DNA of 30,852 nucleotides. Origin: Candidatus Helarchaeota archaeon (GTDB taxonomy: Archaea > Asgardarchaeota > Lokiarchaeia > Helarchaeales > RDOG01). Under the pieces are notes generated by a model. That model worked only from the letters and a program-made list of their open reading frames with translations. It made no database searches and was not told the origin of the DNA. Below are positions 27,419 to 30,852 of the stretch, in pieces (within the stretch, counting starts at the first letter, position 1; every line of letters starts with the position of its first letter). The position numbers and the translations under genes were made by a program. The stretch spans positions 1 to 30,852 of the forward strand of contig JALGVI010000035.1 in NCBI GenBank assembly GCA_029838215.1. The letters run 5' to 3'.

Positions 27419-27665
27419 TGGTGTTAGAAGAAGTCCAACCGAAAAAAGTGCTAATATTACTAAAACATTGTGATAAATGCGCTTCGTAATATCTCACCTT
27501 CGCAAATTTAATGGATAAATGATTTATTAAATAATTTTATAAAATCGATCTTAATGAAAATTTCGTGTTCAAAATAAAACCCAAATGAGAAAAAAGATTT
27601 AAATGGGAAAGAGGAAAGATAAAATCTCGAAATATTAAAAATAAATTACAATTGGAGGTTACTCT

Positions 27666-27875
27666 ATGACATCAGCGATAGAATATATCAAGGAAATTAT
27701 AGCGAAAGACGAAGTTAAAGGCATTAGATTTATTAAAACTCCTTGGGTGCGCGAATTCAAGAAAAAAAGTCATGATATCGAGTTTCTAGATGATGCAATA
27801 ATCTATTATGATAAAAAGGGGAAGGGGCACACGATAATTCCTCTTCATTCTTGCACGATGGAAATCCTAAAATGA
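27666..27875 (+). CDS. Hypothetical small protein (69 aa)
   Basis: Strong SD GGAGGT 6 nt before ATG; fills an otherwise AT-rich gap; T-tract downstream. Confidence 0.7.
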   Translation: MTSAIEYIKEIIAKDEVKGIRFIKTPWVREFKKKSHDIEFLDDAIIYYDKKGKGHTIIPLHSCTMEILK

Positions 27876-27993
27876 ATCTTTTTTAATTTCGCTTATACTT
27901 GTTCCTTTTTTTTTAAATTATTGATGAAATATCTTTTATAAGCAATTCGAACAAGATTTTCATGTAAAAAGAAAAAATTGAAGGAAAGAAGGA

Positions 27994-28737
27994 ATGGCAT
28001 TCAACACGGCTTTTGGCAGGAATCCAGACATTCCCTATACCGCTTATAAATTATATGTCAAGGATATTAAGGATGGGGACATACTCAGGACATCTGAGGA
28101 AAGGACTTATTTTCAAACTCGATTTAACTTGAAAACTTTTAGAGTTCGACTTCTAGGAACGATAATTTATCATCAAATCTTTGCAGGTGATGAGAATGCA
28201 GGACGAAAAGAATCGGTCTACGTGACAATTGATGATGGCACTGAGCAGATCCGATTAAAAACTTGGGATCCCGTGCTCTTGGAAAAAATGAAATCTCTCA
28301 AAAAAGGTCAAGTCATTGACGTGATCGGCACGGTTAGAGAATACAATGACGAAGTTTATATCAATCCCTTGATGATCTTCCCGATTAATGATCTGAAATA
28401 TGAATTATTAAGAGATCTAGATATAATTAATTTTAGGAAAACATTTAAACAAAGACCTGCAGAAAAGAGAAGAGCCCCGCAACCCACTTCTACTCAAACA
28501 TCCGAGTCTGCCCCTATGAAACCATCCTCTTCACCAGCTGATGAAGATTCACGAGATGACGAAATCCAAATAATTCTAGGTTTAATTGAAGAACTCGATA
28601 AAGGAGAAGGTGTGAAAATCTCACAAATCGAAGAAAAAAGCAGTCTTTCTGAAAAAGACATAAAAAATCACATTCAATATTTATATGAAAATGGATATAT
28701 TTACGAACCATCCTTGGATCGCTACAAAATCCTATGA
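27994..28737 (+). CDS. Replication protein A subunit, RPA32-like (OB fold + linker + winged helix)
   Basis: RVRLLGTI, IDDGTEQIRL, IDVIGTVREYND OB fold; S/P/T linker; C-terminal wH ..LYENGYIYEP. Confidence 0.85.
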   Translation: MAFNTAFGRNPDIPYTAYKLYVKDIKDGDILRTSEERTYFQTRFNLKTFRVRLLGTIIYHQIFAGDENAGRKESVYVTIDDGTEQIRLKTWDPVLLEKMKSLKKGQVIDVIGTVREYNDEVYINPLMIFPINDLKYELLRDLDIINFRKTFKQRPAEKRRAPQPTSTQTSESAPMKPSSSPADEDSRDDEIQIILGLIEELDKGEGVKISQIEEKSSLSEKDIKNHIQYLYENGYIYEPSLDRYKIL

Positions 28738-28753
28738 TAAAGGACGTTTATGA

Positions 28754-29182
28754 ATGAATGAAGACGATTATAAACATCTCCTCGCCCGCGCACGAGAAAT
28801 GATCCCTCAGGATATCTTTGAACACGAGCGCTTTTCAATACCTCCCGTGCAAATCCGAAGAGAAGGAAATAAAACCATTATAGAAAACATACGTGATATT
28901 GCCAACAGGATTCGTCGAGACCCTGAACACCTCATGAAATATCTCCTGCGCGAACTGGCAACGCGTGGATTTATCCGCTCTAAAGTTGGCGGAACGGACG
29001 TCGCCATTTTCCAAGGCAAATTTCATAATACTTCCCTGAACAACTTAATTGCCAAATATACGAAAAAATATGTCATTTGCGAGAATTGCAATAAACCCGA
29101 TACTCGATTCGTTAAAGAAGGACGGTACTTGTTCTTGGTATGCGAGGCATGTGGCTCTCGTCGGTCTGTCCCACAGATCTAA
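28754..29182 (+). CDS. eif2b: Translation initiation factor 2 subunit beta (aIF2-beta)
   Basis: YKHLLARA, ERFSIP, GNKTIIEN, RDPEHLMKYLLRELAT, YVICENCNKPDT..CEACG. Confidence 0.95.
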   Translation: MNEDDYKHLLARAREMIPQDIFEHERFSIPPVQIRREGNKTIIENIRDIANRIRRDPEHLMKYLLRELATRGFIRSKVGGTDVAIFQGKFHNTSLNNLIAKYTKKYVICENCNKPDTRFVKEGRYLFLVCEACGSRRSVPQI

Positions 29183-29191
29183 GAGGATATA

Positions 29192-29488
29192 ATGATGGAC
29201 GTATACATGAACATTCAACGTATGAAGAACGATACCATTGTCGCAATTTGTGATTCAAATTTAATGGGAAAGACCTTTCAAGATGGTCCATTAAAACTAG
29301 AAGTTAACGAGAGGTTTTATGGCACAAATCGCGTGAGTCTACAAGAAGGAATCAACGGGATCAAGCAAGGCACGAACATCAATCTGGTTGGAGAAGCAAT
29401 CATTACGGAAGCCATAAACCAAGGAATCCTTTCTAAATACGCCATAATTGAAATATCTGGGATTCCACACGCTATCATAATTGTTTGA
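29192..29488 (+). CDS. DUF424 family protein
   Basis: IVAICDSNLMGK..L..NERFYG..NLVG..I..A..GI pattern. Confidence 0.85.
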   Translation: MMDVYMNIQRMKNDTIVAICDSNLMGKTFQDGPLKLEVNERFYGTNRVSLQEGINGIKQGTNINLVGEAIITEAINQGILSKYAIIEISGIPHAIIIV

Positions 29489-29493
29489 ATTGA

Positions 29494-30636
29494 ATGCTCA
29501 TGAGTTTTTGTATTAATTGTGGGAAAATAGTTAGAAATCGAAAAGAGCTGCATGAAAATTTATGCATGGATTGTTATGTACAATCTCATCCACTTGTAAA
29601 TTTTAAGAAAAGTAAGCATCCCATTCTTTTTCTTTGTCCAGATTGTCTTAGTTTCAAGCTTTTTAAGAAATGGAATGATCCCACATCCGAGAACATGAGT
29701 ACCGATATAATGGAAGAACTAAATAATAACTTGGATTCATTTCTAACTCATCCCAATTCACTCTATGTTATCATTAGCTCTCTTAACCCAGATCCATTTG
29801 ACCTGTCATACGTGAAAGCACATAAAAACATCACGATTACTGTAATGATAAGAGGCAAGGTATTTCCCGAAACTTCTCCAATATCTTCCATAACCGAGCT
29901 CGTCCTAAAAACGGAGTTTCAAGTCTGCACGAGATGTAAAAACATTCGTGCTAACCAACACGCTGCTGAAATTACTATTCTAAAAAAAGGAAAATCCTTA
30001 ACTAAAGAAGAAATTAATTCGTATAGCTCTTTCTTGTCAAAAATGTTTGAGAAACATGCAACTCATGGCATGGGCGATTATGTCCTTACACCAAAAGCGA
30101 AAAAAAATAAGTTGATCTTTCAAATAGGTTCCGTAAAACTCGCTAAAAAACTTGCATCCAGCTTCAGGAGTAAATTCGGAGCTCTTGTTAGAGAGTCCTA
30201 TAAACACGAAGACCAAGAAAAATCTCGTGAAACCCGGAAAAAAATATCCATCCTCATCCGCCTCCTCCCATTTGAAATTGGTGATGTTCTTCTTCATGAA
30301 AATACTCCTCTCTTAATCCTAAAAATATTCGAAAAACAAGTTGAATGTCTTGATTTTTTCAAGAACACGAGCAAGAAATTTCCCACTAACTCCCTATTTA
30401 AAGCTAAACTCTTGTATTCTCATGATGATCTTGAAGAATTTTCGATCATCTCTCAATATCAAGATGTTCTTCAAATCATGGACGCTCAATTTCAAATATA
30501 TGATCTGACTCCTCCAACTCTTTTTAAAATCCCATCTAATAATTCGAAAATTAAAGGATTCTTTTTTAAAGATGCAATTTATATTCTGCCACCTGAGAAA
30601 CTTAGTGAGGAAAATGAATTCAAAAGATCAATTTGA
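29494..30636 (+). CDS. nmd3: NMD3-family ribosome biogenesis protein
   Basis: Four CxxC pairs (CINC, CMDC, CPDC, CTRC); IGSVKLAKK; R..I.IRL.PFEIGD. Confidence 0.88.
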   Translation: MLMSFCINCGKIVRNRKELHENLCMDCYVQSHPLVNFKKSKHPILFLCPDCLSFKLFKKWNDPTSENMSTDIMEELNNNLDSFLTHPNSLYVIISSLNPDPFDLSYVKAHKNITITVMIRGKVFPETSPISSITELVLKTEFQVCTRCKNIRANQHAAEITILKKGKSLTKEEINSYSSFLSKMFEKHATHGMGDYVLTPKAKKNKLIFQIGSVKLAKKLASSFRSKFGALVRESYKHEDQEKSRETRKKISILIRLLPFEIGDVLLHENTPLLILKIFEKQVECLDFFKNTSKKFPTNSLFKAKLLYSHDDLEEFSIISQYQDVLQIMDAQFQIYDLTPPTLFKIPSNNSKIKGFFFKDAIYILPPEKLSEENEFKRSI

Positions 30637-30852
30637 CGTGGCAATTTGTGGCGCTGGACCTGCAGGAGCAATGGCTGCAAAAATCGCTGCCCAACGCGGA
30701 TTAAAGATTGCTCTCATTGATAAAGCAGTATTCCCTCGCTATAAAGCATGCGGGGGAGCAATCCCTAAAGAATTTGTCGATGAAATCAAACTACCATCTG
30801 CCTTAATATGCCGAACATTCGACCATCTCGAATTACACTTTTACAATGACAC
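30614..30852 (+). CDS. Geranylgeranyl reductase family flavoprotein (5' part, runs off the window edge)
   Basis: Manual translation MNSKDQFDVAICGAGPAGAMAAKIAAQRGLKIALIDKAVFPRYKACGGAI: GxGxxG plus the PRxKxCGG signature. Overlaps nmd3 by 23 nt. Confidence 0.9.
   Translation, partial: MNSKDQFDVAICGAGPAGAMAAKIAAQRGLKIALIDKAVFPRYKACGGAIPKEFVDEIKLPSALICRTFDHLELHFYND

Noticed and set aside
27515-27527. Palindrome ATAAAT-G-ATTTAT upstream of the protease
   Set aside because: Low-complexity AT sequence with no second copy; insufficient to call an operator.
325-30297. Many antisense or alternative-frame ORFs in the track (e.g. 325-720, 1662-2267, 15208-15522, 21303-21824, 28807-29026)
   Set aside because: Fully nested in well-supported genes and carry no recognisable motifs.
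1-30852. CRISPR arrays, transposases/integrases, rRNA genes, selenoprotein TGA read-through
   Set aside because: None seen: no regular repeat-spacer pattern, no IS or integrase ORF, and no in-frame TGA at a conserved Cys position.

Overview
Archaeal chromosome segment, almost certainly from an Asgard archaeon (Lokiarchaeia/Helarchaeales-like; inferred from a longin-domain protein, Rab-like GTPase, PAC4-like protein, RPA32-like protein and PGF-type C-terminal anchor). It holds a shikimate/aromatic cluster (partial bacterial-type aroK, broken aroA, aroC, tyrA) interrupted by two AT-rich polysaccharide genes. Housekeeping genes include SPOUT MTase, XPD/Rad3 helicase, ahcY, tandem Lrp, mfnB, acyl-CoA ligase, cutA, site-2 protease, ttuA, a C5 methyltransferase, RPA, eIF2-beta, DUF424, nmd3 and a partial geranylgeranyl reductase. 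A secreted metzincin is also present. The ORF track misses five RNA genes: tRNA-Asp, tRNA-Tyr, tRNA-Arg, SRP RNA and tRNA-Ser, carrying four BHB introns in total. The best candidate for a new system is the 69-nt tRNA-Tyr anticodon intron. It folds into a K-turn hairpin over a pocket complementary to both sides of U35 of its own unspliced precursor, suggesting an intron-encoded H/ACA-like guide. Other notable items: a second (T-loop) intron in tRNA-Tyr, a 91-bp structured element flanked by 11-bp direct repeats, two genes apparently needing near-cognate start codons, and a Dnmt2-like MTase. All folds and motifs were read by eye; no searches or folding programs were run.
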